Origin: Diadema setosum
Taxonomy: Eukaryota
NCBI RefSeq assembly: GCF_964275005.1
Contig: NC_092705.1
Coordinates: 2,914,001 to 2,976,000 of the forward strand
Reading direction: 5' to 3'
Length of the DNA: 62,000 bases
Made by a program: the position numbers and the translations under genes. Under the pieces are notes generated by a model. It did not search any database. It was not told where the DNA came from and saw only the letters and a list, made by a program, of their open reading frames with translations. How positions within the stretch are numbered: position 1 is the stretch's first letter; every line of letters starts with the position of its first letter. Below are positions 36,838 through 49,225 of this stretch, piece after piece.

Positions 36838-37891
36838 CAATTTCTGTTAAAATAAGGCTTTAAAGTTATCTTTGTACCCATTTCAAAATGGGCAATGTTG
36901 ACAATAGGTGTATCCATATATGTTGTCATCAGTTGTGCTTCAAATGAAGGCAAGTACCACATCCAGGGTAGGATCGTGCAATAAATCTCTTAAGGCTGAG
37001 GAAATATCAATGGTGGATTGTCACAGGCATGCTTGAGAAAGTGTGTGGAATGTGGGGGGGGGGGGGGAATGTTTTGTCCAAAGTAGGTAATAAACATGTG
37101 TCACAGACAATCCCACTTCATGCAAAATGATTTATGTTGTAGTCATTGGAAAGCCAGCCGGCGAATCCGAAATGTAGGTGATATTTGCATTTCTGTAACA
37201 TACTAATGCTTCCAAGTCGGCCACATCTGTCATAGTTAAAGGAAAGTTGACAGCTAGTAAAAAGGTGCTGATGAAAAAATGTGAGAGACCCACGCACTCC
37301 TCGTTCTGGTATTTTGACAGATTGAATTTAAATTGTTTTTGCTTTCTAGCCAACTGGCAAAACTGTCAAAATATGTGATGCTAAATCAACAGCGTGTGAG
37401 TCAATTTAGAGATTTTTGCTCTGCTTGAAGTCTTAAGATAGAGGTGGCGTTTGGATGATGTTTTTTGAATGCTAGAAGTAATGTTTGATTCATGAATGCC
37501 CATTTCAAGTGAAAATTCCTGACCTTCAAACTTCTGATTTCATCAAAACGACAAAAACTCTGCTTTGATTACCGTAATATCCTATGCAAGGAGGATGATT
37601 AGATAAGTGGACAGTCTATTTAATGATCTTCCTAGAAATGTTTGATCGTAGAAATGTTTGATCGTAGAAATGTTTGAAAGCTTTTTAATGTTAACTTCCA
37701 AATACATACCCAAACCATGTTTTTGATTGATATTTACTTCACCTGTTTATTACATCTTGATTTTTATTAGTTATGCTATGTCCTCCTTTCTTTTCATTCC
37801 GCTGTTTCTATTTTTCCTTTTTATTTACCATTGAAAATGTAATACATTTTTCTTTCTGAAGTATGTGTTTTGTATAAATCATATTTGTGTA

Positions 37892-37993
37892 TACATATCG
37901 TCGGTTGAGAATGATAAGGGCGTAAAGTTGCCACTAAACCCATAGTGTTCGAGACAACTTAACGCCCTTCTCATTCTCAACAGACGATATGTA
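37892..37993. mobile_element. 102-bp foldback element (~40-bp arms, TA ends)
   Basis: TACATATCGTCGGTTGAGAATGATAAGGGCGTAAAGTTG / CAACTTAACGCCCTTCTCATTCTCAACAGACGATATGTA, 3 mismatches. Confidence 0.75.
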
Positions 37994-38246
37994 ATTACTG
38001 TGTATTTTAACAGACTTGCTGAAACACAGCTGCAAGGTGATAGATAAAGTGTTATAACTTTAGTGAATAAGTAAATGAACCAAATTAATCAAACCAAATC
38101 TTTGCAATAGGGCATTATATCAAAAAGATACATTCTGTGTCTTTCATATGCTCCAATGGTCACTCCAACAAGGACCTCACACCTTTACGTGTAGCTGTCA
38201 ATTATTCATCTGTACAATGTGTTCTTTGCCCAAGTGTACATTTTAA

Positions 38247-38331
38247 CCTGTTGAAGACGAGTCCCAAGTAAACTCGGGCAAGGGTCTATGGGAAAGGCAT
38301 GTTGTAGCAAACTCAGCCCGTCCTCAATGGG
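38247..38331. mobile_element. piggyBac-like mini-MITE
   Basis: TTAA|CCTGTTGAAGACGAGTCCC...CCCGTCCTCAATGGG|TTAA. Confidence 0.88.
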
Positions 38332-38420
38332 TTAATAGCCCCTTTCAGTTCGGCAAGTAGGGAATACATAAGCTGCACCTTGTGAATATTGTGTTGGACC
38401 AATCCCTACTTTCTTTCATC

Positions 38421-38546
38421 TTTGTTGTTGTTGTTGCTGTCGTTGTTGTCGTTGTTGCTGCTGTTGCTGGTGCTGTTGTTGTTGTTGCTGTTGCTGTTGT
38501 TCTTGTTGCTGGTGCTGGTGCTGCTGTTGTTGTTCTTGTTGTTGGT
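38421..38546. repeat. (GTT/GCT/GGT)n trinucleotide repeat
   Basis: Direct reading. It produces the poly-V/L/T/N ORFs at 38345-38753. Confidence 0.95.
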
Positions 38547-39580
38547 GACCAGTGTCTCTCCACATTTCTGCCACTCGTTATGCGGTGTAGGGACATACAC
38601 CCACACACACATGGGGGAAGGCATGCAGCAGGTGGATTCGTGTGGCCGAATCAAAAGAGCAGAAATGTCAATCTGCCTGATCCTATCAAAGAGAGTGGAG
38701 GTTTTCTGCCGCACGGGCCGCAAAGTGTGTCAGCTCTCTGCGAGGTAGACTGAGAGGGGGCGGAAGGAAGACGGAAAATGTCAAGTTCATATAAAAGGCA
38801 TTAGTGCTGGAAATATAAGAGCATCTCATAGCCTGAATCCAGTGGGAATCGCCTCTTAGTCTCTCGTTTTGTGGTCGATTGGAAAGTTGCGAAAAAATGT
38901 CAGCTCTCCCAAGCTCAGAGTATGTCCCAAACTTTGATTTGTTACACATTTCAAAAGTGTGACCAGTTTTTGCTTTCTATGTGAGACAACGCGTGGGAGA
39001 AATTTGCGCAGGTGGATTTCCTGTCCACACAACCTATGGTGCAAAACAAAAGTTCAATGGCTCCTAAGATTTCTCATATCCAGTATCAATATAGTTAAAA
39101 ACTTTATAAACACTTTTAATGCTGAATTCTGCCCGTGATCGCCACTTTTTTGGGTGTGTATGCGTGAAAACGTATGTATTTTTATGGCTTGCTCATTCCT
39201 ATGTCATCCTATTCTGGCAGCCCAATTATCTCCATGAATACAGAATTATTCAAAAACCGTGGCAGATGGTACATATTTCTTCTCAGAGGAATACAATTTT
39301 GAATTGCAAAAAAAAAGGGAAAAAAGGAGAAAAAGTACAATAAAACACCTTGATTCTGAACGGTAAAACATTATTATAACAGTATGTAATGTTTCTGAAT
39401 ACAGACATGAAGAGTTCATCTGAACAAATTAACCAGGAGCTGATGATGTTGATAGAAAGCAAGAGGTTTGAAATTTCATGTTTGGTGCATATGGAGTCCT
39501 GTGTAACCAATGTGCTCCTTTTTTGTATCTCTTTTGGCACAGAGACTTAGACTATCATCTCAGTGAATTTCTAGTTTGCA

Positions 39581-39728
39581 TACTGTCGGTCTTATGCCAA
39601 AAGGGCCTTATACCACTTCCATTGTTATGCCAAAAGGACCTTAGTGCTATAGACTTTGTACACTATTAGTACCCTTTGGTATAACAGGGGAATCTCTTTA
39701 AGGCCCTTTTGGCATAAGGCTGACGATA
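39581..39728. mobile_element. ~148-bp palindromic MITE
   Basis: GTCGGTCTTATGCCAAAAGGGCCTTA (39585-39610) / TAAGGCCCTTTTGGCATAAGGCTGAC (39699-39724), plus an inner pair TGTTATGCCAAAAGG / CCTTTGGTATAACA. Confidence 0.82.
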
Positions 39729-40533
39729 TTTGCTGTAAGATGGGACTCTTTTCCAGGTTCGGATGAATTACCATTTGTGGGGAAGTGACATGAATAGAGA
39801 AAGAGCAAGGTCATATTCATAACGTGTAATCGTAACTGAAATTTTTATGCCCTGTTCCCATCGTTGTGATTGTTTCATCCTAGGCAGCCCCTTGGGAACC
39901 ATTTCTGTGACAAAGCTCTGTGAGAATGCTGTGCCGTTTTGTGGGCCCTGCGAGATGATATCATAACTATAGTACGATATGAGATAGGAACATGTAAACA
40001 AGCCTATTTACTCACAAAAAATGGACTGAATGCTGAAATTTAGGAGGCTGTAACCAAGCCCATAAAATGAGAAGTAGCATCGTCAGCGGAACGGACATGG
40101 GTAATAACAGGTAGTCATTAACACAGCCTCGAGTTTCCATCAGGGAAATGTCAATTATATACGTCCATTTGATGCTGATACAAGGGAGATAAAGAGGGGA
40201 GACAATGTACAGATACTGACTAGGTCTTAATTTCACTTTACGTGAATGGAATTAGTTACACAGAAGGATAAATACAGATATTGCTTTTGTCCAATCCGGC
40301 TGAAAGGAAAGAACGATGTGATCCTCGTGCAATTACCCCAGCTCAAAGACGTACGAGCATGGGCGGCGAGGCAGTAGGAGTTTGTAATTTGCGACCAATT
40401 GTGCCGTCTAGAGATACACGATATGGGAGAGAGGGGTTGGGATGGGGGAGGCTCCCGTCATTCACATCTATGGATGTTCCTGCCGATTTGATATGCCCGC
40501 GATGTTTGGCGGCATGTCGTAAACCTTGAATTA

Positions 40534-40633
40534 NNNNNNNNNNNNNNNNNNNNNNNNNNNNNNNNNNNNNNNNNNNNNNNNNNNNNNNNNNNNNNNNNNN
40601 NNNNNNNNNNNNNNNNNNNNNNNNNNNNNNNNN
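40534..40633. other. Assembly gap (100 N)
   Basis: Run of exactly 100 N, the conventional placeholder for a gap of unknown size. Confidence 0.99.
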
Positions 40634-43600
40634 GATCAAATGACTTGCTTAAAATCTCACCACAGTATCACTACTTCTTATGTGCAGTTGAATCATAGGC
40701 CACAAGCATTATGATTTACCTTTTTTTTTTTGAGATCAATATCTCAAAAGTACCCTCAGAAAACAAAAGGATATAATATGCTAGCAGCAATGGCAGAGGA
40801 TATAGGGTTTAATTCAGTTCAGCATTCTAGAGATGGATTATCCCATGTTGTTCAACATCCATTATTTTATGACCCATTATTTTGGTAAAAACACTTGGAA
40901 CTCAGCACACTGCCTAGCACTTTGAGAGCTCAAAGAATTAGCTAACAAGAGCCAAAACTAGAAGAAGAAATGAACAAAACTTTCTGTCTTTGTCGCCTGC
41001 AGTAATGCATATAGTGGGCTGTCATTTGACATTTTTTATTCCAATGGCAAATCCCATCTGAAGCTGAAATCCACAAGAATACTCTTAAGGATAGTGGAAG
41101 TGAACTGCCATGTTCAAGTTCTTCTCATGATGGCTAACCAGTATGTCAGATATACAGATCTTAGACTTAAAATACCCTTTGAAATATCAGATGTGCATGG
41201 ATTTCGACTGTCATCAATATATTCCAGCTGCTCTGATTTCTATATACCGAAAAACAAAAACAGAAACAGGAACAAATGTGGTTCAAATAATCAATTCAAA
41301 CCTTTTGAAGATGCAGGAAATGCAATAAGATTTCATGTTGTGCACAAACTTTTTAAAGCTTTAGTACGATTTGCAAGAATTGCAAATGTAATGAATTCTT
41401 TATTGAAGCAGATCCTGAACTATTTTGTATTCCATGAAGAAATAGATTTGAATAAATCCGTCTCTCTATGCAGTGAATGCATAATTATGAGATATGTTGG
41501 CCTTCGTAATTCATTACAAATGCCAGTCGCAGATGCCCGAAAGTGTGCCGATCTGCAAGGAGCGAACAAATCAAGCATATCAAGAAGGGGGAGAGGACGC
41601 GAAGATGTATTGTGGCAGTACGTGAAAACACTGAGGAAATTAGGGTTAGTGTACTGTCTCCGTGATATAATGTCACGATGAAGATAACATCCCTGGGCAG
41701 GTTGGATGGCGGGGCATCACCAAAATGGCTCCATTTTGTATGCCTCCACCAGGTCTGTATTTGACATTTCCAATATATGGGATCTTTGAGAGAGAGAGAG
41801 AGAGAGAGAGAAAAAAAAAAAGAAAGAAATCTAATGTTGACATTTAAGTTGAACTGGGTTAATTCTTTTGGGGTTATCCAGGAAGTTATCGTCCAATACT
41901 CTGTGTTTGCGCTCGCGTGTGTGGGTGGGAATGAGTGGGGCGCGGGTTGTCGGCGAGGAAAGTTATTACTGTTAAGCTGAAGGCGGGGATGAGATGCTGA
42001 TGTATTGATGTGTAACCCAAGCTGTGAGCAGGGAAAAGTCCGAGTCAGTTGAATTTTGTGTCGTTACCTTCCAGGAGAAAGCGTCGGCGCAGCAGTCTTC
42101 GTGTCCTTCTCCGAGAGTCCTTATCCAAATTTGAGATTCGCTGATTTTCATTGATTTATTTGTTTTTGCCTTACCGGTTAATGTAAGTGCTGAAAGCAAT
42201 GTTTTTGATGTTGACAATGTCTTCCCAATTCCCAAATGGATGGCTGTTTTGTGTTGGTGCGTGTGAGATATTTAGACATTCGGGTCTGCGTGGATAGACT
42301 ATGGGTGTTAGCTGTCTTGTTAAACAGTGCCCTCTGAAATGCACTATTACAGTGCTGCCCACCCACGCTAAACGTGGGAGGGATTTATAGTATAAGGCTA
42401 CACACGCACACACACACACACACACGTACATGCATCCACACGTACGCAAAGAGATGAGAAAAAGCAGTGGTCTCAGAGAGAATATCCAATTCTATGTGCA
42501 CTTCCTCTCGTGTGCAAGCGCCACGTGAAAGCCGAGACTGTTCCAACATTTGTGGTGTGTGCCGACGCCCCACCGGAGCACACCCTCCCTCCATTCAGTA
42601 CGTGCTTCCGCGCCCCTCCTGGAAAGGGAAAGAAATGCGAAGGCCGGTCCTGTACTTCCGCCCCGAGAAACTGGATGCAGACAAGAAAATAAGGGAGAGA
42701 AGTATACCGGTAGATGAAAATTCAGATGTTCAGTGGCAGAAGGTCGCTGTGCTGCCGGGAGCATCATCTCACGTGTGCGCCTAATTGATGCCGGCACATT
42801 TCGGGAGGAGGATGACCGGAGGAGAAGCCATGTGATGCGGTCCTGATACAACTCAGCTCTCTACCCTCATCGTGGTGTGAGTGATGAAAGGGAAGACAAA
42901 CTGAACAGAAAAAAGAAACCAAATGATCTTTCACACCACTAAGCCTAAAAAGCACATTTCCGTGGGTTGTTTTCTTTAGGGCAGAGTTGAAAAAGAAAAT
43001 TCATTTGAGCCATATTGTGGTCATTTAATTGGTTACTTCATTTTAGATCAGTCCTCATTTTTTTCAGCACATTACAGATAATTAGAATTATTAAAATCCC
43101 ATTCTTTTTAGGGAAATTTGGGAAACAAGAAAGAAAGTTGACATCATGATGCAGCCGTTCTCAAAAATCAGGATTTTGTTTCACTCGTGGCAAGACAAAA
43201 AAAAAAGTTTTCAGACAATTTTAATTACAAAAAGCAGATAAATAGGGGAGGGAAAAGTTGAGTGGAGTAATGAATAAGTCCCTCATGCATATCCTCCAGA
43301 ATAATGTAACAGCCTCATCATACATTGGTAGCGAAGTGAAAGTGGGGAAAGCTGAGCATACTGAAAATCTCAGTTACCGCTGGGTGTTAATTAAAATACT
43401 CGCTTCTGGGTTTTGCCCCTGTGCAGCCAAGCTGACACCCTCTTCTCGCTCTCAACCGGGCATCAGTCGGGCGTAGCCATCCCCAATTTGTCTCGGTGAG
43501 TGGGCCGAGGGGCAGAGGGGCCGATGAGATGTAATTGATCAGCGGGTATTAACGTGGAGGAGGTTGGGGATGGGGTGGAGTGTTTGGGGGGAGGGGCGGG

Positions 43601-45314
43601 GGGAGGGGTAGGGAAGGAGATGAATCGGGAACTGCCCGTGTAGTCTGGCGACTTCTGATGGCTGATCAAATTAAGACCGTCGTACCACGGTGTCAGCGAA
43701 ACTTGTCTCCACAGGTGTCTGTACACCTGAGTCCCCTTCTCCTGCTGGAAACAAAACAACAACAACAAAAAGGAAAAAGCATGTTTAGGAAGAACTTGTG
43801 TAATCAATACACTCTATGTGCATAGTTCTGTAGGTAACAGTATCACAGTCCTTCAAGAAAAGACTACTCTAAGTAATAAGGCCATATTGTTAATGATGTT
43901 GTCATCTTCATTATTATTATCATTATTATTAATGGTTTTGCTATTATTTTTAATATCAGAATTTATATGGCCATGTATGAACCTGATTAAATCCAAGCAT
44001 GACATATAATGGTAAAGTAATACACAGTGATAGATTCTGCTTTGCTTGTACTTCAAATCTCCGACTGTTATATCATGGCTCAATTTTTAAACTTTGTATT
44101 TTGATGTCGACAAATTACTGCTAACCGAGATATGTGCACTTCTGTCTTACAGACTTCCAAATTTGCCAAAGCACAAGTTGAGCAAACTTTCATGTTTTGA
44201 GATATCTGTACTCCGGTCATGTGTGTGGGATAGAGGAATATTTAATGTATGTCACGATGGAAAGAAAAAAAACCTCTATACCGCACCCGGGTCATTTCGG
44301 CAAATTACACATGGCGCAGTGACGTGATCAGATTTGAGCATTGTGCTCGACTGGCTACCATTACCTGTGTCTTCAGCATCTAGTTTAATTCTGTGGGTAG
44401 CGCTGCTGCATTGGACCATGACTTTAATTCAACATGCATTGAGCGTGGCAAATATAGGTGAAGGACTTCACATTTAATGGCCTACTTTGAGTCGGCCAGA
44501 AATTTTTTGATGGCTTGACTTTCATTTCTTGTTTGATGTCGCGGGTGCCGGGTCGATTTCACGCACAGGGCTGTCTGGAGTCCATACCTTCCAATTTCCT
44601 AGATAGTTTTATTTTAGATTCATAACTCGGCGAACATTTTCCATTACCAGCTAATGTCTGTGGATCAAAGAAACTGTAGTTTCAGAAGTTGTGTCTTCAT
44701 GCTTAATTTTTATGAAAACAGAACATTTGTGTGTGTTTTCATATTACCCTGTTAGGAAAATATCAAGAATTCCAAATTGTATACTCGTATTACCCTTCTT
44801 GTTTTGCTACTGGATTATTTTTATCTCATTTTCTGAACATGTGGTTTAGTCCAAAGCCAAACTGCGTGCAGAGATGGTGATTTGGGAAAAAGATGAAAAA
44901 ATTGTGCAATAAAACATCTTTAGAGGAGCATATTCATAAAGGAAACCAAAGGGATACCAAAATTGTTATAGCAATGCCCAGTGAGAGCAAATTTCTTAAG
45001 CAGTGCCAATCCATGCATGACATTTTTCCTTTTTTGTTTTTGTTTTGACAAAACTTCAGCCTTTCTTGAACTAGCTGTGTGATTTCCTTGTAAAGGTGAC
45101 TGAGTAATCCATCAGGAGTAAATGCATTATGTATGATGAACTGGTGCATAGAAGTGGGTGATATACGCCAGCTCTGCGAGATTAAGCGTTTGTCGCACAG
45201 TGATGAATTATGCAGTGACACCTTATTTGTATCAAGTAACGTTAACTTTCATTTGATCTTCTCTGTGTATTACGCCTTTCAATCAGTTGCTCCCATTTTG
45301 ATTCCCCCCCCCCC

Positions 45315-45494
45315 TAGTCCAGATACTGGACGATTTTTATCATCCGCAGTCCCCACACACTCGGCACCCACCCAATGCGCCCAACCGATTTTTATCATCC
45401 GCAGTCCCCACACACTCGGCACCCACCCAATGCGCCCAACCGCTGATTGCGACACTCCACCAATTGGTACTCCCGAAAAAAATCGTCCAGACTA
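45315..45494. mobile_element. 180-bp TAGT...ACTA MITE (Academ-like termini) containing a perfect 55-bp tandem duplication
   Basis: TAGT[CCAGATA]CTGGACGATTTTT / AAAAATCGTCCAGACTA, with CCC on both flanks. 45331-45385 equals 45386-45440. Confidence 0.6.
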
Positions 45495-45860
45495 CCCTGC
45501 CAGAGCGAGCACGATAATGTAGTATGACATCATCTATTTGATATGCAGACGTAGCCATTCTTAATGAATATGCATTACGAGTGACGGCCACTCGTACGTA
45601 ATCGTATTTTACGAGACACAGCTGATCGCATCAGGGAGGTCACCTCCCTGGGCCATCGTTTGCAATGTTCTCTGTGCAAAAGATACCCACCACGTGCAAC
45701 GCGCGGGGGGAAGGTTTTCTCATCAGGGCCAGTATGTATTGTGTAGAATATTCACTTACAAAGCAGTCAAATTTTCACAACCCTTCCATGTCTGTGCAAC
45801 TTCGGTACTGGTATTGCCAGTGTGAAAACTTGCCGGCAAATCATTTGTGTGGATCTACTC

Positions 45861-47110
45861 AGTTCAATTCAATTCAATTCAAACTTTAATTCATTTTCGA
45901 AAAAAAAAAGAAGAACATAAACATTTCACTTTCTTTGGTAACAGAGAATAAGGTTACATATACATGTAATCAAAACAGAGTAAATTCCGAAAACATAATT
46001 GTAGAACCTTGGGGTAACAAATAATGTTGTAATGAAAATTGACTGAAGTGATATAGACAATATAACATTACACAAAATATCGAAAATGGAGGGACCCACT
46101 AAAAAGGCAATGCTTGTAGAATTTGGACCCCTCAGGTACAGAATGTCAATAAAAAATGAACTAATGCAAAAAAGGAAAAAATGGGAATAAAGACAGATAG
46201 AAAAAAAAAGTCTGGAAGCCCAATAAGAAGACAGAGTAACACACAAACACACATGCACAACGAGACTGAGACGAAGACAGAACGAGACAAGTCTGTCAGA
46301 ATAGGACAACAATACAACGGACAGAAAGGCAAAACAGATCCAGCGATCCTCGACAGAACTACTGTATATCGAAAAAATAATGGGATGCGTGGAAAGGATA
46401 CGGAAATATGAAAAGATAGAGAGAAATAGAGTCGGAAGTAATACAAGTGGGATGGAATCTACGCTGTAAGTGTCTCAGGACAACAGGGACGAGAAATATG
46501 TGACAGTATATCATTGGTAATCCAAATTCTTCGAAAAGAAATTAAAATGAGCCAACAGGCTGGTTCAATTCTGTAGGAACATAACATTGCAATAAGAAAG
46601 ACTTTAATCTCCTCTTAGATGAAAATATAGAGGGTGCAATTTTTATGTCATTATGCAGAAAATTCCAATAAGTTGGGCCAGTATAGGTAAGAGTGTGCTT
46701 AGCAAGAATTGTTCGTAAAAGAGGTCAGTGAAATTCATTGGAACGTCGAGTGGGATAGCCATGGAATGATTGATTTCTTTGAAACATAGAATCGAAAATG
46801 GAGGGGAGTGAGTTGTTGCTGTATACGTATACATATTGCCCCAAATTAGATAAATACAAATCTTTAATTTTTAGCAGCTTATTAGCGGCAAATAACATAT
46901 TTGAGTGGGAGGGTATGAAAGGATAACTGATGACACGGAGAGCTTTCTTTTGAAGAAGGAACACTCTATCCAGTAGGTTCTGGTGAGTGTTGCCCCAAAC
47001 TAAAACACCATAATTTAGATAAGGCAATATCAATGACGAATATAGCATAAGTAATGATTTTTGTGGAATATACAATTTCATTCTATTTATGACACCTATA
47101 TTACTCGAAA
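45861..47110 (-). mobile_element. 5'-truncated non-LTR retrotransposon (L2/Crack/Daphne/CR1 group)
   Basis: ORF2 C-terminal remnant, long 3' UTR with a stem-loop (GAGGGGTCC...GGGTCCCTCC at ~46088-46133), and a (TTGAA)n tail at 45861-45883. Confidence 0.88.
46542..47110 (-). pseudogene. LINE ORF2 fragment (region C-terminal to the reverse transcriptase core) with one in-frame TGA
   Basis: SNIGVINRMKLYIPQKSLLMLYSSLILPYLNYGVLVWGNT...LQKKALRVI...LLKIKDLY...HGYPTRRSNEFH*PLLRTILAKHTLTYTGPTYWNFLHNDIKIAPSIFSSKRRLKSFL matches the LY.SL..P.L.Y...VW / LQK.A.R.I / Y.GP..WN.L...IK / FK..LK pattern of this LINE group. Confidence 0.88.
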
Positions 47111-48518
47111 CAATGTAGCTCTGCAATTTTTCAAACCACCTGGTATATACATGCATTTGCTTTTGTCTTTTTACTGAGCTTCACCAGAGGAATTATTTTT
47201 TTTTTTTAATGTTCACTGTACATCACAGTCAAGACAGACTGTTCCTACTCACGTTCCTATTCACAAGACCACCGACAGCTGTACCTTTCATAGATCTCTC
47301 TGTGACTTGGCCGGAGACTGAGACCAAGACCACAACAAATTAATGAATGAAAATAGATAAATGAATGAATAAATAAATAAATAAATAAATGGATGAATAA
47401 AAGGATGAATGAATGAATAAATAAATATATAAAATAAAATAATCTAATTCGCACTTGACTATGTAAAACCAAGGAGCTATTACACACGCTCCTTGGTAAA
47501 ACTGTAAACAGAATGCGTATATGCAGCTCTATACTTTTGGTAACGTACATATTTTTGTCATATGTGTGATACATTGCCATGAAGATCGATGGATACCTTG
47601 AAATTAAACTTCAATGTAGTTCTTTCAACACCTATACATGTAATAAATATGTGGAGATGTATATGGTGAGAATTTTGAACAATGTACAATTGCCAGTTTT
47701 CGCACCTTCGGACATTCGTTCCCTTAGAACACGCCAGGATGATCTAAGAAACCTGATTATTTCATGTCTCAAAGCCTGGTAAATTTCCTTGCAGGAAATG
47801 TATGGTTTGGTTGACTTTTGACAAGGAAAAATACGGTAAAAACGCTATTTTCATAATAATTTTTGTTTGTCAAACTAAAAATGTGTCTTTTTTATGGTAC
47901 GTGGCATCTAATAATCTGACCATGTTCTGGATCTGACATATCATGGGTATGTACCACAAAATTATAAGAACTTTATGAGTGTAAAATTACAGAGAACAAC
48001 TGAAATCTCACAGCCCTATCAAACGGGGAACGTCCGTGATGCATTTATCTCTATCGCTGCTGCAAATTATACTTTGTTGTCCCAACTGTATAATGTATAC
48101 AAAAATTTGGTATTCCAGCTCATGAACATATCCTGCAAAAACTGTACGTCTGCTGGCTGGATGGGACGTAACATTTTTGTTTTTAAATATTCAAAATTTT
48201 ACTCAGTTTACGTCACGGACGTGCTTCCGCTATAAGATCGTAGCCCATTAAACGTTATTGACGATATTGTTCTGATTCCAAATCGACTAAGATCTAGCCG
48301 CACGATAATGTTTGTTTTGAGCTTCTGTCCATCCCTTGACATGGTTTCTATTTTTATACCCATCAATGAAAACCAATGTTAATTTGTAATTCTCTCCCAG
48401 ATGTTATTTTTTCATTTTACATTTAAGAGACAGAGAGATCGTCAAATTGCTTGTGCTTTTGTGCTTATTTGAAAACAAATATAAAAGTAATGATTTAGAT
48501 TAAGGTTGCACTTTGATA

Positions 48519-49225
48519 CGTTCGCTCTTCCAAAGATTCGTTACTCCGAAAGTCCGAAGGTTTATAATTCCGAAAATGGAAAAAAAAAGAATGTTCGTAG
48601 TTAATTCAGGAGGTTTCTTATTAAAAGTGTTCTTATTCCGAAAGTTTGTTAATCCGAAAATTAAATATTAAGGTACACTCTTTTTTTAGATCCGTTCTCT
48701 CTATTAAAAAAAAAAAAAAAAAAAAAAAAAATTCGCGGAGTGAAAATATTCACTCTAAAAAGAGTGAATACAAAAGAAGAGTGAATTTCGAGTGAAATTG
48801 GAGTAAATTTTGGAGTGACGTCAGGGATCACTCAAAGATTTTGGAGTGATCCCTGAGGTCACTCTCAAACGAGTGAAAATGAGGATTTTCACTCAAAATT
48901 CACTCCAATTTCATTCGAAACTCACTCTTTTTTGTATTCACTCTTTTAAGAGTAAATATTTTCACTCGATTTTTTTTTAGAGAGTTCTTCAAAAAGTGGA
49001 ATGAGCCTGGTTATAGGTGAAATCGATTATCATGAGGTTTTGAAAAATCTGGAGGATTTGGTTATTAAATTATTTGTTTCTCCACATTTAGATAAACGAA
49101 CCTGATTTTTCATGTTCCAATTAATAAACCTTTCAATTGAACTTCGGAGATTCCTCATTTATCGAATAAAAAGCTTCATGATTACATGAACTCTATCAAA
49201 TTTAAGATTGACAAACTGTATGAAT
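48519..49225. mobile_element. Older degenerate foldback element with (TTCGTTA-TCCGAA)-type repeats, interrupted by the 48697-48984 element
   Basis: The left part (48519-48660) repeats TCCGAA five times. The right part (49090-49225) has the complementary TAAACGAACC, TTCGGA and TCGGAA motifs. Confidence 0.5.
48697..48984. mobile_element. Foldback MITE with GAGTGA/TCACTC subterminal repeats (EnSpm/CACTA-like layout)
   Basis: TT|CTCTCTA-A-run ... T-run-TAGAGAG|TT. The arms GAGTGAAAATATTCACTCTAAAAAGAGTGAATACAAAA / TTTTGTATTCACTCTTTTAAGAGTAAATATTTTCACTC are reverse complements. Central palindrome GAGTGACGTCAGGGATCACTC / GAGTGATCCCTGAGGTCACTC. Confidence 0.82.

Noticed and set aside
37901..37921. 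Resemblance of GAGAATGATAAGGGC to the 3' part of miR-184
   Set aside because: The seed region does not match, it lies on the 5' arm, and the hairpin is too perfect. Judged coincidental.
38345..38753. Poly-Val/Leu/Thr/Asn ORFs resembling transmembrane or mucin proteins
   Set aside because: Translations of a (GTT/GCT)n microsatellite.
40634..40637. GATC immediately after the gap, a possible Hi-C restriction-site break
   Set aside because: A single 4-mer is expected by chance and cannot be interpreted.
41094..41681. 195-aa ORF
   Set aside because: GTG start, no recognisable motif and no evident splice structure. Consistent with a chance ORF.
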